Shown piece by piece: positions 12,301 through 25,470 of a stretch of DNA of 64,000 nucleotides (positions are counted from its first letter, which is position 1; every line of letters begins with the position of its first letter). The notes under the pieces are model-generated. The model saw nothing but the letters and a program-made list of their open reading frames with translations. It did not search any database and was not told the origin of the DNA. The stretch is from Macrostomum lignano (lineage: Eukaryota), in the NCBI GenBank assembly GCA_002269645.1, contig NIVC01000157.1:62001-126000 (forward strand). The letters are read 5' to 3'. A program made the translations under genes and the position numbers.

Positions 12301-13392
12301 GCAAAAGGCCTTCCAGTTGGGCTACCGACTGCAGGCGGTACACGCGCTGGCCTACTGGACAGAGAAGCGGACCGGTCTGTTTGGTGATTATGTAAACGCC
12401 TTCCTCAAGCTGAAGGCCGAATCGAGCGGCTCCCCCGGCATGTCGGATGAAGACAAGGCCGCCTATATTGCCGATTTCTTTGCAAAGGAGGGCGTCACGC
12501 TGGACAAGGTCGAGCCCAACCCAGGACTTCGCTTTGTAGCGAAAATCTTTTTGAATTCGTAAGTATTCATAAATTTTGTTTTTTAAATGATTTTCTTCTT
12601 CTAACAGTAGCTTTTATTTTCACTACACAGGCTCTTGGGTAAATTTTGTCAGCGTGACGACCTGACATCGACTGAGATTGTGTCCAGCTACGAGGACTGG
12701 CTCGCCCGGCTGACCGACCCCAACCTCAAGGTCAAGGCCTGCGAACCGATTGGCAGCGAGTTTATGCTGCTAGAGTACCGGCACCGCTACTTTAATCAGC
12801 GGCCATTCAGGTACTCTAATGTGCCAATCGGGGTTTTTACAACCACGCAGGCCCGGCTGCGCCTGTACGAGGCCTTGGAGGGGCTCGGCGAACGGGCCAT
12901 TTACTGCGACACTGACTCGTAAGTATTGCATTGGAAAAATTCTTTTAGAATTGATTACATGTAAATAGTTAGCAATTATCTCGTTTTTCTCTCCCACACA
13001 GGGTCGTTTACCGGCATTCCGAGGGCCAATGGGAGCCGCCCCATGGCACGAGCCTCGGAATGTGGACCGATGAGGTGCCCGCAGGCAGCCGGATGACCGA
13101 CTTTGTAAGTGGGGGGCCCAAGCTCTACACTTACATTGTCGAGGATGCGGCCGGAGTCCAGAGCCAGGTCTTGAAATGCAAGGGCATCCGCCTGACTCCG
13201 GAGATTCGGGAACGCAGTGACGACTTGCGCAATGCCCTGCTACACGGCGGCTCCCTGAAACTGCCGCAGTTTCAGTTCAGGCGCTACAAGGCGTCTTGTA
13301 CCATACACACGATCAATATGGACAAGACGTTTCAGCGCGTCCTGACAAAACGGGTGTACGGGGCTGGCAGCAGGCCTTATGGCTATAAATAA
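9356..13392 (+). pseudogene. polB: pPolB copy C (most complete copy: exons 3-7)
   Basis: Introns 9905-9987, 11933-12013, 12559-12630 and 12919-13001. All exonuclease and polymerase motifs are present (YCDTDS intact). Lesions: internal deletion and frameshift in exon 3 (about 9530-9580), a short deletion/frameshift at about 11790, and W>L in motif B (NSLLGKF). Confidence 0.93.
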
Positions 13393-13815
13393 TGTAATCC
13401 AATTATAACTGACGATTCAATGTACATTTTGCAATATTAAATTAGTAAAATCTATTTATTGTACATAATTTGCATTGTAATACTGCTGTATTTATCAGAA
13501 TTCATTTGCTGTATATATTTCAATGTAAAATAAAACATTTATATTTTTATTCAATAAAACAAAAAAAAACATAAAACATTTTTGCATTGCGTGTGGCGAA
13601 ATGCCAATGTAAAAATCTATTGTACATATTTTGCATGTCAAACCTGTTTAAAATCATTTATGAAGAGAAAATTATTGAAAAAACAATGTAAAATTTTCTG
13701 TATATTCTATTTGCTGGTGATGGTGTACATGTCTTGATTCCTGTAATATGCTACTGATTAAATGTAAATATATCTTCATTGTAAATATTTATACATGATG
13801 TGCGCTACACGGTTA

Positions 13816-14209
13816 GTTGACTCATTTGGTAGTAGATGAGATTAGTAATTCTCACCTCTGTGTACATGTAGCATTGTACATGTAATGTTGGTGCTCGCGG
13901 GACGTCTGGGGATGACACTGTAGATTAATGTAAGTGTACATATAGAATTGGGGATAGACATGGACATTTGAGATATGGATTAATGTACATGGAATTAATG
14001 TACATATCCAATTTGAGATAGATAGGGAATAATGTACATGGAATTAATGTACATATATGAGCACATGGATTATTACAACTACATATTGCCATATCACGCT
14101 TAGGATAGCGTTTTTGTATACTACTTACTTCATTTTCAGATAGTAGTATAATTTGCGTTTTTTGCGTCAAAACATCTGAAAATCGACAACAATCTACGCG
14201 TTACGTAGT
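13816..14209. repeat. Terminal inverted repeat / end downstream of pol copy C
   Basis: Same sequence as 1914-2414; ends TTACGTAGT at 14209. Confidence 0.8.
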
Positions 14210-14452
14210 CAAGTGGGCGCCGGCGTGATTGACCCTGACTATACTGGAGAATTGACTGTGGTGATATTTAATCATGGCAGTGCGGACTGGTTCATAACTC
14301 GGGGCTACCGTATCGCTCAATTAGTTTTGGAGCGTGTAATGATTGCTCCCGTAGTTGTGAAGGATCTCTATAGAGGGAATGGCGATGAGGAGGCCTCCCA
14401 CACCCACTCAATTCGCGGTGCAGGAGGGTTTGGTAGTACAGGCTATAATTAA
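14210..14452 (+). pseudogene. dut: dUTPase, 5'-truncated fragment
   Basis: Motif 3 GVIDPDYTGE, motif 4 RIAQL and motif 5 RGAGGFGSTG. It starts mid-gene immediately after the element terminus. Confidence 0.93.
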
Positions 14453-14677
14453 GTCTCAACTTGCTGTTGTCTCCCTACTGTTTTTGCTCTCTTTTTCAAT
14501 TATTTAAATGAAAATATACGCTTTTCCAATGTGAAAACTATATGAATACAGTCTTTTTCAATAGAATCTTGATTTGTAACTCTACTAAAGGTAGTAGTGT
14601 AATCAGCTACATGTAGGTTTTGAATAATTGACATATAAATAGGAATATGTATATAACGTGGTTTGTAAAACTTGAAT

Positions 14678-15045
14678 GTTGACTCATTTGGATGAGATTG
14701 TACATGTAGTAGGGTTTCGAGTTGTAATTTTGGTGGGCGCGCGTGGGCCGTCTGGGGATGACACTGTACATGTAGATTAATGCACATGTACATATAGAAT
14801 TGGGGATAGACAATTTGGGATAGATAGGGATTAATGTTCATATCCATTTTGAGATAGATAGGGATTATTGAACATGGAATTAATGTACATATGTGGGATT
14901 ATTGTACATATACGAATACATATACGCATATCACGCTTAGGATAGCGTTTTCGTATACTACTTACTTCATTTTCAGATAGTAGTATAATTTGCGTTTTTT
15001 GCGTCAGAATTCTAAAAACCCGGCAGCTTCGGCACATTACGTAGT
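14678..15045. repeat. Terminal inverted repeat / end downstream of dUTPase
   Basis: Homologous to the pol-side end; ends ACATTACGTAGT at 15045. Confidence 0.8.
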
Positions 15046-16606
15046 GAGGCACAATGGAGACACGTGCTGATAGGGGTTTTCTTAAATTTTACAATGTCTG
15101 CTGCGGCAGGATCTGTGTTATCAGGGTCATCAATCAAACATTTTTGACAGCCTAAAATTCGAAACGGGGGTCAATCAACCCCACATTTCTTTTGTTGCTA
15201 CGTGTCGGAACGTGCCGAGTTGGGGTTTTTACAACTCGCCGATTTTTGTTGCTTGGGGTGGGCTGATAAAATTGCTGCTGCTGCAGGCAATCAATCAAAA
15301 GTTTTTGACAGTTGTAAAATTCCAAGCGGTCAGAATTTTAGTCACCATGTGCATTTTTATTGCAGATTTGGCTCAATTTCAACCCCCCACCCCAGCCCGA
15401 CACTGTCGAAGGCGATGGTAAGGAGTTGATTTTATGAGTCATAAACCTGCCGCCGCCTCTCGCAATTCTAATTTCAAACCCTCCTATTTTTCAGGCTTCA
15501 TTACGCGTCTTGGAGGGGCGAAAACCCTGCCTAAATTTAAAGCAAAAGGATATGAATACATAGTATCGTTCACGGCTGATATTGTAGATGTTGGCTCAAC
15601 GATTGCAGAGGTTATTTCTGTACTCTGCGCAGACCTACACACCAACGATTTCGTCGCAGCTAAACTAACGGCGGACAACATGATGCTCGCCATCAATGTC
15701 CCACCCGTCCGCCGCAGCCGCTTCACTGCAGAGCTTGTTTTCAAGCACATTAACAAGGTTCTGCAGTCGGACTCCAGTGTCTTGGGCAACAACTTTAAAT
15801 TGTTTTTGCTCAAGGCCTGGGTCCCGCGGGGCGGCTGCGGCAGCCTAGATGCGGCGGAGAAACACATCCAGGCTCGCCATTCAATTGGGGGACGAAATTA
15901 TGTCATCATTGCCAACAGCGACAAGCGTTGTCTCATCCGGGCGCTGGTGGCGGCCAAGGCCTACGCGGACATGGAGGCCACGACAATTAATAGACAGGCT
16001 TAACGGACCATCAAGGCCGACTCCCCACTGCAGAAGAAGCTGACTGGGGAGCTTCAAATTGCTGCCAAATTGTATTCGGTGAGTAAAAGATAATCTTGCG
16101 CATTTTAATTTGCTTTTTTATTAATATACAAATATTTTAGTCTTTATCAACCATCACACAGGCCGGGCCTTTCGGGGTTGACATGCTACCCCAACTGCTG
16201 GCTGTTCTGAACGCCCAGTCACCCGGCTGGGATTTCGGCGTTCGTGTGTACAGCGCGGAGGAGGGCAACACGTGCGTGTATGCCCTGCCCGGCCACACGG
16301 TGCTGAATCTGCACCTAATTGGTGGGCATTTCAATACTGTGTGTAAAGTGCCGCCATTTTTCGGGACCCGCCGCTATTGCGACAACTGCCAGCAGCCGTA
16401 CGACTGCATCTCTGCTGAGCACAAGTGCGCCAACACCTGCCCTCAGTGTAAAGTGCCCGGCTCCAATTGTAAAAGCCTGCAGCGTGACTACAAACGCTGT
16501 GCTGACTGCGGAATGAATTGTTACAATCCGCAGTGCTTCGAGAACCACTGCCAGAAAAACCGGGACGGCAGGTCTCGCTGCAGCTCCATACGCGTCTGCC
16601 CCAAAT
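15046..16606 (+). pseudogene. polB: pPolB copy D (part of intron 1, micro-exon, exon 3, start of exon 4)
   Basis: Micro-exon 15366-15417 (52 nt, +1 frameshift), introns 15418-15494 and 16079-16161, premature TAA at 16001-16003. Truncated at RVCPK and fused tail-to-tail with copy E. Confidence 0.9.
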
Positions 16607-19600
16607 TTAGAAGCCTGCTGCAGCCTCCGTACACACGTTTCGTCAGGACCCGTTGAAAGGTCTTCTCCATACTGATCGTATGAATGGTACAAGACGCCTT
16701 GTCGCGCCTGAATTGAAACTGCGGCAGCTGCAGGGAGCGGCCGTGTAGCAGGGTGTTGCGCAGGTCGTCGCTGCGTTCCCGAATCTCCGGAGTCAGGCGG
16801 ATGCCCTTGCATTTCAGGACCTGGCTCTTGACACCGGCCGCATCCTCGACGATGTAAGTGTAGAGCTTGGGCCCCCACTTACAAAGTCGGTCATCCGGCT
16901 GCCTGCGGGCACCTCATCGGTCCACATTCCGAGGCTCGTGCCATGGGGCGGCTCCCATTGGCCCTCGGAATGCCGGTAAACGACCCTGTGTGGGGGAGAG
17001 AAAAACGAGATAATTAGTTCCACATGCTAACTATTCAATTCTAAAAGAATTTTTCCAATGCAATACTTACGAGTCAGTGTCGCAGTAAATGGCCCGTTCG
17101 CCGAGCCCCTCCAATGCCTCGTACAGGCGCAGCCGGGCCTGCGTGGTCGTAAAGACTCCGATTGGCACATTGGAGTACCTGAATGGCCGCTGATTAAAGT
17201 AGCGGTGCCGGTACTCTAGCAGCATAAACTCGCTGCCAATCGGTTCGCAGGCCTTGACTTTGAGGTTGGGGTCGGTCAGCCGGGCGAGCCAGTCCTCGTA
17301 GCTGGACACAATCTCAGTCGATGTCAGGTCGTCACGCTGACAAAATTTGCCCCAGAGCCTGTGTTGTGAAAAGAGGTGCTACTGTTAGTAGAAGAAAATC
17401 ATTTAAAAAACTGAATTTATAATTACTTACGAATTCAAAAAGATTTTCGCTACAAAGCGAAGTCCTGGGTTGGGCTCGACCTTGTCCAGCGTGACACCCT
17501 CCTTGGCGTAAAAATCGGCAATATAGGCTGCCCTATCTTCATCCGACATGCCGGGGGAGCCGCTCGATTCGGCCTTCAGTTTGAGGAAGGCATTCACGTC
17601 ATCACCAAACAGACGGGTCCGCTTTTCTGTCCAGTAGGCCAGCGCGTGCACCGCCTGCAGACGGCAGCCCAACTGGAAGGCCTTTTGCAGCTCCGGCGTT
17701 GCCCAGGTGCCAGTCAGCGCCCGTTCCTGGTCTGAGTGGTCGCAGCCGCTGCACTGCTGCTGCTCCATACAGGTACGGCAAAGCCCAAAAAAGAGCTTCT
17801 TTTGCACCCTGCATGGCAGCAGCGGAATATGCAAATCTGACGGCGGCAGCACAGTCACTTTGGCAATGCCAGAGTAGCTAGCCAGCGCGTCCGAGTTGAG
17901 CGTCTGCGGTGTCGGATGTTGCACCGGGTGGCCAATCGGGTATGGGTCTTTCGACTGCACCGTCGGGTACAGAGAGACCTGCAAGTTGAAATAAAGCATT
18001 TTTTTCATAAACTGTATTTTTGCAAAATATTCTACTATATTAGTAGTATCACTACTCACCACATCCCGATATTTGAAAGTCTCAGTCTCGCTGGCCACAG
18101 CATGCGGGATAAAACACTCTACGCGGCCGCCGTAGAGCGCATCCTCCATCTTGAGTGGAGCGCGCAGATGGGCAGTTGCGGCGATAAAGTCGGCCTGCGA
18201 TGCCAATACAGCGTCGTACTCATGCTCCCAAATGACACGAACACTGTAATTGTGCCGCTCCAACTCGCGAGTGAACCACTCGGTTTCGTGGCGAATGTGG
18301 CTCAGAGGCTGCCGTTTGAGCGGGTGGACGACATCCTGATCGGGCATACACTGCTCACAGCCATGGTAGAAACAACCATGAAACTGCAAGACAGTGTTGC
18401 TAGTCTCATCAAAGCCGTCCACCTTGCGGCCGAGAATGACCGCCTCGCCGCCAGTCGAGTCGCAGGTGCGCAGCCGCCCGCCAAATTCGGTGGCATTCAA
18501 ATAGGCCAGCCACTTGCGCGCCTTGAATGACTGCTGGTCGGCCTGCCGGGCAATCACGCCGACCGAGTTGGGCTCCATGAATTTAGTAGTAAACACGGCC
18601 ATTGCCAAACTGGCAATCGTATTGGCCTGTAAAAACGGTTCCAGGCCGTCGCAAATGTCTCCAATTATCGACCTGTACTTGATGCAGACCTCGCGAAGCA
18701 GGACTGTGTCACTCAAACAATAATCGAGATACTCCCGATTAAAGTTGAACAACTCGCCCTGTCGCGAGGCCAGCCAAGCACAGACGGAGTCGTAGTCATT
18801 GTTTGCCTTGCCGCCATAATATTCAATAGCCGGGTAGGGGCCCACGTAGTTCCAATTAGCCGGCTTGTTGAACTCGTGGGGAAAGGTCCCCTTGGCCAGC
18901 TTTGTGTCAGCGAGCCCCAGCGCTTTGGGGAATTGCGCAAGCGGGATTGGTATAAAATTTAACGAATCTTTAAATACCAATTTATCCACCGTCACCCTGG
19001 AACAGTACTTGGGGCCGCTTCTTGGCCAGGCCGTTGAGCAGAGCGCCAAGCAGTAGAAACGCATCATAGCCTGATGCATTATGCGCGACAACAATGGCGC
19101 CGCCACGGAAAGCTGTGCTCAGCCAGGCGAAAAAAGCATTCAGCGATGCCGGGCCCACAGCCACAAAATCGGCCATTTGGTAGGCGCAGTCTGAGTGGCT
19201 GACGCAATTGGAGAATTCCTTCCCCAGATCGCGGCCAGTCAGACAATTGGCAGTGCTATGCAGGCCATTGCAGAGGCGGCAAGTCTCGCGCGGAAACGCC
19301 CGGCCGGAGCAGGTCTCGCAACACGTGACGGCAGTCACCAGATGCACGTGATGCTGCTTCTCCTCATCCGTGTACGTTTCCGTATCGTAGAACACGTACG
19401 GCATAGTCGAAGCTTTCACTTTGGGAGCCTTGACGAAGCACAAATGCGAGCCGGCCTCGTCGTACTGTTTACACAGTGGGCACTTGACATGCCCGCACTT
19501 GTGATCCGGCTCCTTTTGCCCGACTTTTAATTCCTCCAAATAGCCGCAATTAGCGCAGACACGGATGGAGCTGGAGCGCGAACGGCCGGCCCGGTTCTTC

Positions 19601-21835
19601 CTGCGGTGATTGTCAAAGCACTGCTGATTGTAGCACTTGAGGCCGCAGTCAGCGATGCGCTTATAGTCGCACAGGCTTTTACAATTGTAGCCGGGCACTT
19701 TGCACTGATAACAGAGGTTGGCACACTTGTGCTCAGCGCAGAGATGCAATCGTACGGCTGCTGGCAGCTGTCACAGTGGCGGCGGGCTCCGAAAAATGGC
19801 GGCACTTTGCACACAGTGTTAAAGTGCTCGCCAATTAGGTGCACATTCAGCACTGTGCTGTCTGGTAGGGCATACACACATGTATTGCCCTCCTCGGCAG
19901 TATACACACGAACGCCGAAATCCCGGCCTGGCCACTGGGCGTTCAGGACAGCCAGCAGTTGGGGGAGCACGTCAACCCCGAAAGGCCCGGCCTATGCAAT
20001 GGTTGATAAAGACTAAAACATTTGTATATTAATATAAATGCAAATTAAAATGTGCAAGAACATTTTTACTCTTCGAATACAATTTGGCAGCAATTTGTAG
20101 CTTCCCAGTCAGCTTCTTCTGCAGTGGGGAATCCGCCTTGATGGTTTGCCACGTATTCTTAGTAATGGCCTTGGCCTGCAGATCCGCGTATGCCTTGGCC
20201 TCCACAAGTGCCCGGATTAAACAGCGCTTGTCGCGGTTAGCGATGACCACGTAGTTATACCCCATAGCATGCCTGGCCTTGATGTGTTTCTCCTTAACAT
20301 CCAGGCTGCCGCAGCCGCCCCGCGGGACCCAGGCCTTGAGCAAAAACAATTTAAAGTTTTTGCCCAAGACACTGGAGTTCGACTGCAGAACCTTGTTTAT
20401 ATGTTTAAATATTAACTCTGCAGTGAAGCGGCTGCGGCGGACTGGCGGCACGTTAATAGTGAGTAGCATATTATCGGCGGTCAGCTTGGCCGAGACGAAA
20501 TCGTTAGCGTTCATATCCGCACAGAGCGCAGAAATGATGTTCTCAAATGTGGTTCGAATATCGGTAGTATCGGCGAACGATACCACATATTCAAAACCTG
20601 CGGCTTTAAATTTAGGCAGGGCTTTCGCTCCGCCAAGGTACGCAATAAAGCCAGAAAAATTTGAGGGTTTGAAATTAGAATTGCGAGAGGCGGCGGGTGA
20701 ATGACTCATGAAATAAAATCAACTCCTTACCATCGCCTTCGACAGTGTCGGGCTGGGGCGGGGGTTAAAATTGAGCCAAATCTGCAATAAAAATGCGCAT
20801 GGTGACTAAAATTCTGACCGCTTCGAATTTTTAAAACTGTCAAAAACTTAATTGATTGCCCTGCTGCAGCAGCAATTTTATCGCCCCACGCCCAAGCAAC
20901 AAAAATCGGCGAGTTGTAAAAACCCCAACTCGGCACGTTCCGACACGTAGCAACAAAAGAAATATGGGGTGGATTGAACCCACTTCGAATTTTAGGCTGT
21001 CAAAAATGTTTGATTGATGACCCTTGATAACACTGATCCTGTCGCAGCAGAGATTGTAACATTTAAGAAACCCCCCTATCAGCACGTGTCTCCATTGTGC
21101 CTCCTTGACACCTAGCAACAATACCGCGCGGCCGCTAAAGCTGTCATAAATGTCTGATTAATAACCTTACCTGTAGCAGCCAAGTTTTATTGCTGCCAAA
21201 ACCCCTACAATTGCAGCGGTGATTACATCATCATGATCAAAAAAATTTTGGGGTTGATTTTATCACTGCCACCTGCCCACCCGCTGAGTCACGTTCGCGC
21301 GCGCGCGCTCGCCACAGAATTGCTGTTTTTGCTTCTCTAGTACAAGGATTAGTCATATAGCCCCCTGAAATTTTATGGCTATCCTCTACACACATTATTC
21401 GGCTATACTGCTGCTGCGGATATTCTCTAAAACTCTGTTATTTCATTAGGCAATTAAGAAATCCGAAAACAGTTTCCTCCCTTTACTTCAACATCTATGG
21501 CAGGAGGACAGCCTGACTTCAGAAATTTTAAGCCAAAATGAATGCTAAAGCTGTAAAGCAATTACAGAAATTTTAAGCCAAAATGAATATTAAAGATGAA
21601 AAGCAGCTGTGGTTTCAAAGAAAGCCCATATTTCAACAAGCGTGAGTTTGCAAATCACACAAATGCTAAAGCTGAAAAGCGCAATTATACAGCCCTATTT
21701 TTCTGATTTTAGATTTTGCAAATGCTAAAGATGAAAAGCATAGTTTTACGTGCGCGCAGAGACTCACCTAGCTGTCGTCCCCTCTTTGCGGCCGGAGGCT
21801 GATGCTGCTGCTGCTGCTGCTGCTGCCTGTACTCT
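16607..21835 (-). pseudogene. polB: pPolB copy E (end of exon 1 through exon 7)
   Basis: Exon-1 remnant RQQQQQQQHQPPAAKRGRQL with donor at 21767, intron 1 21767-20782, micro-exon 20781-20731 and motif-A intron 18059-17979. Lesions: intron-2 acceptor CAG>CTG, intron-3 donor lost, 17-nt deletion at about 18990 and further frameshifts. Confidence 0.9.
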
Positions 21836-22238
21836 GGATACATACTTCTACATGTGCATTATTCCACTTCTACATGTACAGTGTCATACATTAATCCCAA
21901 GACGGCCCACGCGCGCCCTGTATATGAATCACCAAGATTACGTGTACAACTCGAAACCCTACTACACGTACAGTTGTACAATCTCATCTACTACTGCCAA
22001 ATGAGTCAACACCCAAGTTTACAAAGCACGTTATATGCACATTACCATTTATATGTCAATTATTCAAAACCTACATGTAGCTGATTACACTATATACTAC
22101 CTTTAGTAGAGTTACGAGTCAAGATTCTATTGAAAAAGATTGTATTCATATAGTTTTCAAATTTGAAAAGTGTATATTTTTTCATTTTAATAGTTGAAAC
22201 AGAGAGCAAAAACAGCAGGGGCAACAGCAAGTTGAGAC

Positions 22239-22702
22239 TTAATTATAGCCTGTACTACCAAACCCCCTACACCGCGAATTGAGTGGCTGCTACTGGAAGT
22301 AACCTCCCCTTCGCCATTTCCCCTATAGAGATCCTTTACAACTACGGGAGCAATCATTACACGCTCCAAAACTAATTAGGCGATACGGTAGCCCCGAGTT
22401 ATGAACCAGTCCGCACTGCCATGATTAAATATCACCACAGTCAATTCCCCAGTATAGTCAGGGTCAATCACGCCGGCGCCCACTTGTATAGACTTGCGCA
22501 ACGCCAGTCCAGACCGGCCGGCAATCCGAGCGTAGGTCCCATCAGGCGGTTGGATTGAAATTCCGAGAGGCACCTGCGCAACAGACCCGGCCCGGACAAC
22601 AGCATCCTCAGAGGCAAAGAGATCGTAACCAACAGAGCCGATCGTCTGGCGAGCCGGCGGGCAGGCGCCTTCAGTCAGCAGCGACACCTTTAAAGCAGCC
22701 AT
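22239..22702 (-). pseudogene. dut: dUTPase (full length, disabled)
   Basis: MAALKV... with motifs GYDL, GRSGLA, GVIDPDYTGE and RIA*L (CAA>TAA at 22376-22378), plus a 1-nt deletion in motif 5 relative to the 14.2 kb copy. Confidence 0.93.
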
Positions 22703-23060
22703 GATGACGTAGCTGGAATTGGTGAGTTCGCGGTTATAATCAGTCACAGTGTTTACACACACAGAATGTTTTATAGTTTTTTTCATTCATTCTAAATATC
22801 ATTACTTGAAAAATGGTAAAAATCTCAACACAGTATTCAAATTTTACAAAACAATTTCTTTGAAACTAATGAGCGAGGTGCATTTGGATAACGCATGTGT
22901 GCATACACAACATTTAATACTATAGCGAGTTGAGATATATAGTATGGAGTGCATGAAAATTTAGATTGAGTGCAGACACGACACTTGATAAAAACAAGAT
23001 ATGTACAAGGTGCATGAAAATAAAAATGTGTGCAGACACAACATTAAATTGTCAATAATA

Positions 23061-23719
23061 TTAACAAAGCCCCGAGCCGGGGAATAGTCTGTCTAAGTCT
23101 TCAGCGACCTCCCCATGGAGGTCAGCCTCATATTCGGCCCTCTCCCTTTTCGCGGTGTAATAAGCCCGCTCCTCAGAGGGGCTTCCAAAACAATAGTCCG
23201 CTAGCTAGGAAAAAAAGAAAATGGGTGGAAAAGTTTTCCGATATAATGCATTGAAATTTTGAGTCGGCAATTAGTTTTTAGTTGCAAAATGAAAAGTTTT
23301 CGAGTAAAATGCATTCATAGTCAAATCTGCAATTATTTACCATGTCCAAGTCTGGCTCGCGACACCAACGCCGCAAAAATTCTTGGTAGGCGGCCTCTTC
23401 GTCAGCTGCGGCAGCCGCCTTTCCACTAGCAGCAGCGTCAGTACTGTGCAACTGCAGCCCCATCCGAGGGGCTAAATTAATCCCCAATCGGCAGCGGCTC
23501 GTCTTCTTCTTCTTCATTTGCGGTTGTTGTTGCCGCGGATGCTGATTCAGACTGCTGCCTTCAATAGTCGCGGCGGCGGCGGCGGTGGCGACTGCGGCAT
23601 ATTCACAGAGGCTGGCCCCCAGCAGCCCACAGCCATTACCAGGCTGGCAACATTCGTTGCCGCAGTAGCTACCGCCGCACCAACCTAGAAAGTCGTCAAT
23701 GCTGCTGCTGTCGCCACTG

Positions 23720-23751
<32 letters not shown>

Positions 23752-23967
23752 GTTGCCGCTACTACTGTTGCTGCCGTTGTTGTCAGATTTGTTCGACAGA
23801 GTTAAAACTGGTTAGGCAGTAGAGCGAGGCGGGTTCCAGCCTACTCGGCCGCCCCCAACCCCGCACTACATGATTAAAGGGGTTCTGCCGCCGCAAGGTA
23901 GCGCTACCGCCACCGCAACTAACTGTGGCGGCTCTTCTTCTTTTACACTGCTGCTGCTTCTGTTCAT
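23061..23967 (-). pseudogene. Orphan gene Y with terminal intron (23340-23205) and 47-aa exon 2
   Basis: ...EEAAYQEFLRRWCREPDLDM|LADYCFGSPSEERAYYTAKRERAEYEADLHGEVAEDLDRLFPGSGLC*. The GT...polypyrimidine-TAG junction is in phase 0; exon 1 has stops or frameshifts. Confidence 0.65.
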
Positions 23968-24355
23968 TGTGCTCGTGGGTGTGGGAGTTGATCGCAAATT
24001 TTCAATTTGAAAAGATTTTTAGTCGCGCAGGGGTCCCTCTTTTAAAGTGATTTTGAGTGGCCTCCTATTGGCTCCCCCGGCCTCACAGCCCCCGCCAGCC
24101 AGTCAGTCTGCCGGCCGGCCTGCCCACAGCCAGCGAGTTAGTCAGTCTGGCTCAAAAACAGCGAGCTAATAACTATCTGTTTTAATAATAAATTTCAGTC
24201 TCAAAATTTCAGAGACTCAGTTGCTTTCAATTTCAAAACAAATGAAATAAGACCATTTTTATTCCAGATATGTCATTATCAGTGCCAGTTTATTAAAAAG
24301 ATGGTTTCACTTTCATATTATTAGAGTCGATGTAATTGCAGAAACGCAAATTCCC

Positions 24356-25470
24356 AGCAGCGGACTGGGCTGTTCGTTGATTATGTGAACACCTTCTGTT
24401 GTACTCGCGGGCTGCGATCTCGTCTAGCCCGGTCGTTTCGTTTTCCCCGGGTAGCGGGTTCGGTGCGGGACTGCCCCGGGCGCGCGGCGGAGGGATGGAC
24501 AGAAGGCGAACGACTGGCGCTCCTCGAGGCGGATGGCCACTCCGAGGGGAAGAGGGAGAGATGCGACCCGGGGCGCACAGGCACTCCTCGGTCACGGAAG
24601 GCTCGGGGTACTGCCGCGGTCAGCGGAGCGGATAGCCACTCAGTGCCGGCCCGGGAGTCACCGAGGAGATTGTGAAACGAGGTGAATGTGAAGGATTGGC
24701 CGGGGCGTACAGACACTCCGGACCAATCAAGAGATACGAGGTGATGGATTAGCTGGGGCGTACAGACACTCCAAGCCAATCGGAGAGCGCAGGTGAGCAA
24801 GGGGGTGAGTAGGTGAAGCGATGAGGCGGCGAGGATGGAGAGAAGACACGTGCAGAGAGCCCAAAAAAACGCGAACGCAACCCGAATAAACGTAATTTAA
24901 GCTCACCGGGCGGGGTCAAACCGACTCATGCAACGCAGTTTATTTGGCCGTAGTAACTGTTCTGGCAGCTCGGAGACGGCGGGTGGCACGGATTAGCTTG
25001 CTACGAAGTGTTCCGATAGTTTACTGGGCTCGTGCAGTTTTGTACTTTTATGATATTTTTCTTACTCAGTTGCTGGTGTAGCTCTAACCGCAAAAACCAA
25101 GCAGCGTGCCACCGGCCGGCTCCAAGCCAGCTAATAAATAGTATGCGAAAATGGGGGAGTGGGCCAAACCGGCCTGAGCGCAAATACTCACACAACAGAA
25201 CCCCGCGAGCACCCCACCCTAGCCCAGCCAATCAAAACATGCGCTGGGTAAGGCTTTACGAACGAGGGGGGTAGAAAAGCGAGGGTCTGCCGGCCCAGCC
25301 AGCCAATCAGAGCACACGCCGGCTGCCTAAAACCAAAGCCGGCTGAACCAACTCAAACCAGCTAGGCCGGCAGACCGGGCGGTTCGCATGCACCAAAAAA
25401 AACAAGTTGATGAGAAGGTCATTGTGGCGCAGGCCACAACACTTCCTCAAGCTGAAAGCCGAATCGAGCT
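24356..25470 (+). pseudogene. polB: About 70-bp pPolB filler fragment (QRTGLFVDYVNTF|LKLKAES) split by a solo LTR
   Basis: 24356-24396 and 25442-25470 join into contiguous exon-5 sequence. Confidence 0.8.
24397..25441. mobile_element. Solo LTR (1045 bp), Gypsy-like by target duplication length
   Basis: Termini TGTTGT...ACAACA with 4-bp target site duplication CTTC (24393-24396 and 25442-25445). Internal CCAAT-like and AATAAA motifs; no coding signature. Confidence 0.85.

Noticed and set aside
406-19970. Numerous antisense or alternate-frame ORFs overlapping pol
   Set aside because: They are shadows of GC-rich coding sequence and are duplicated only because pol is duplicated.
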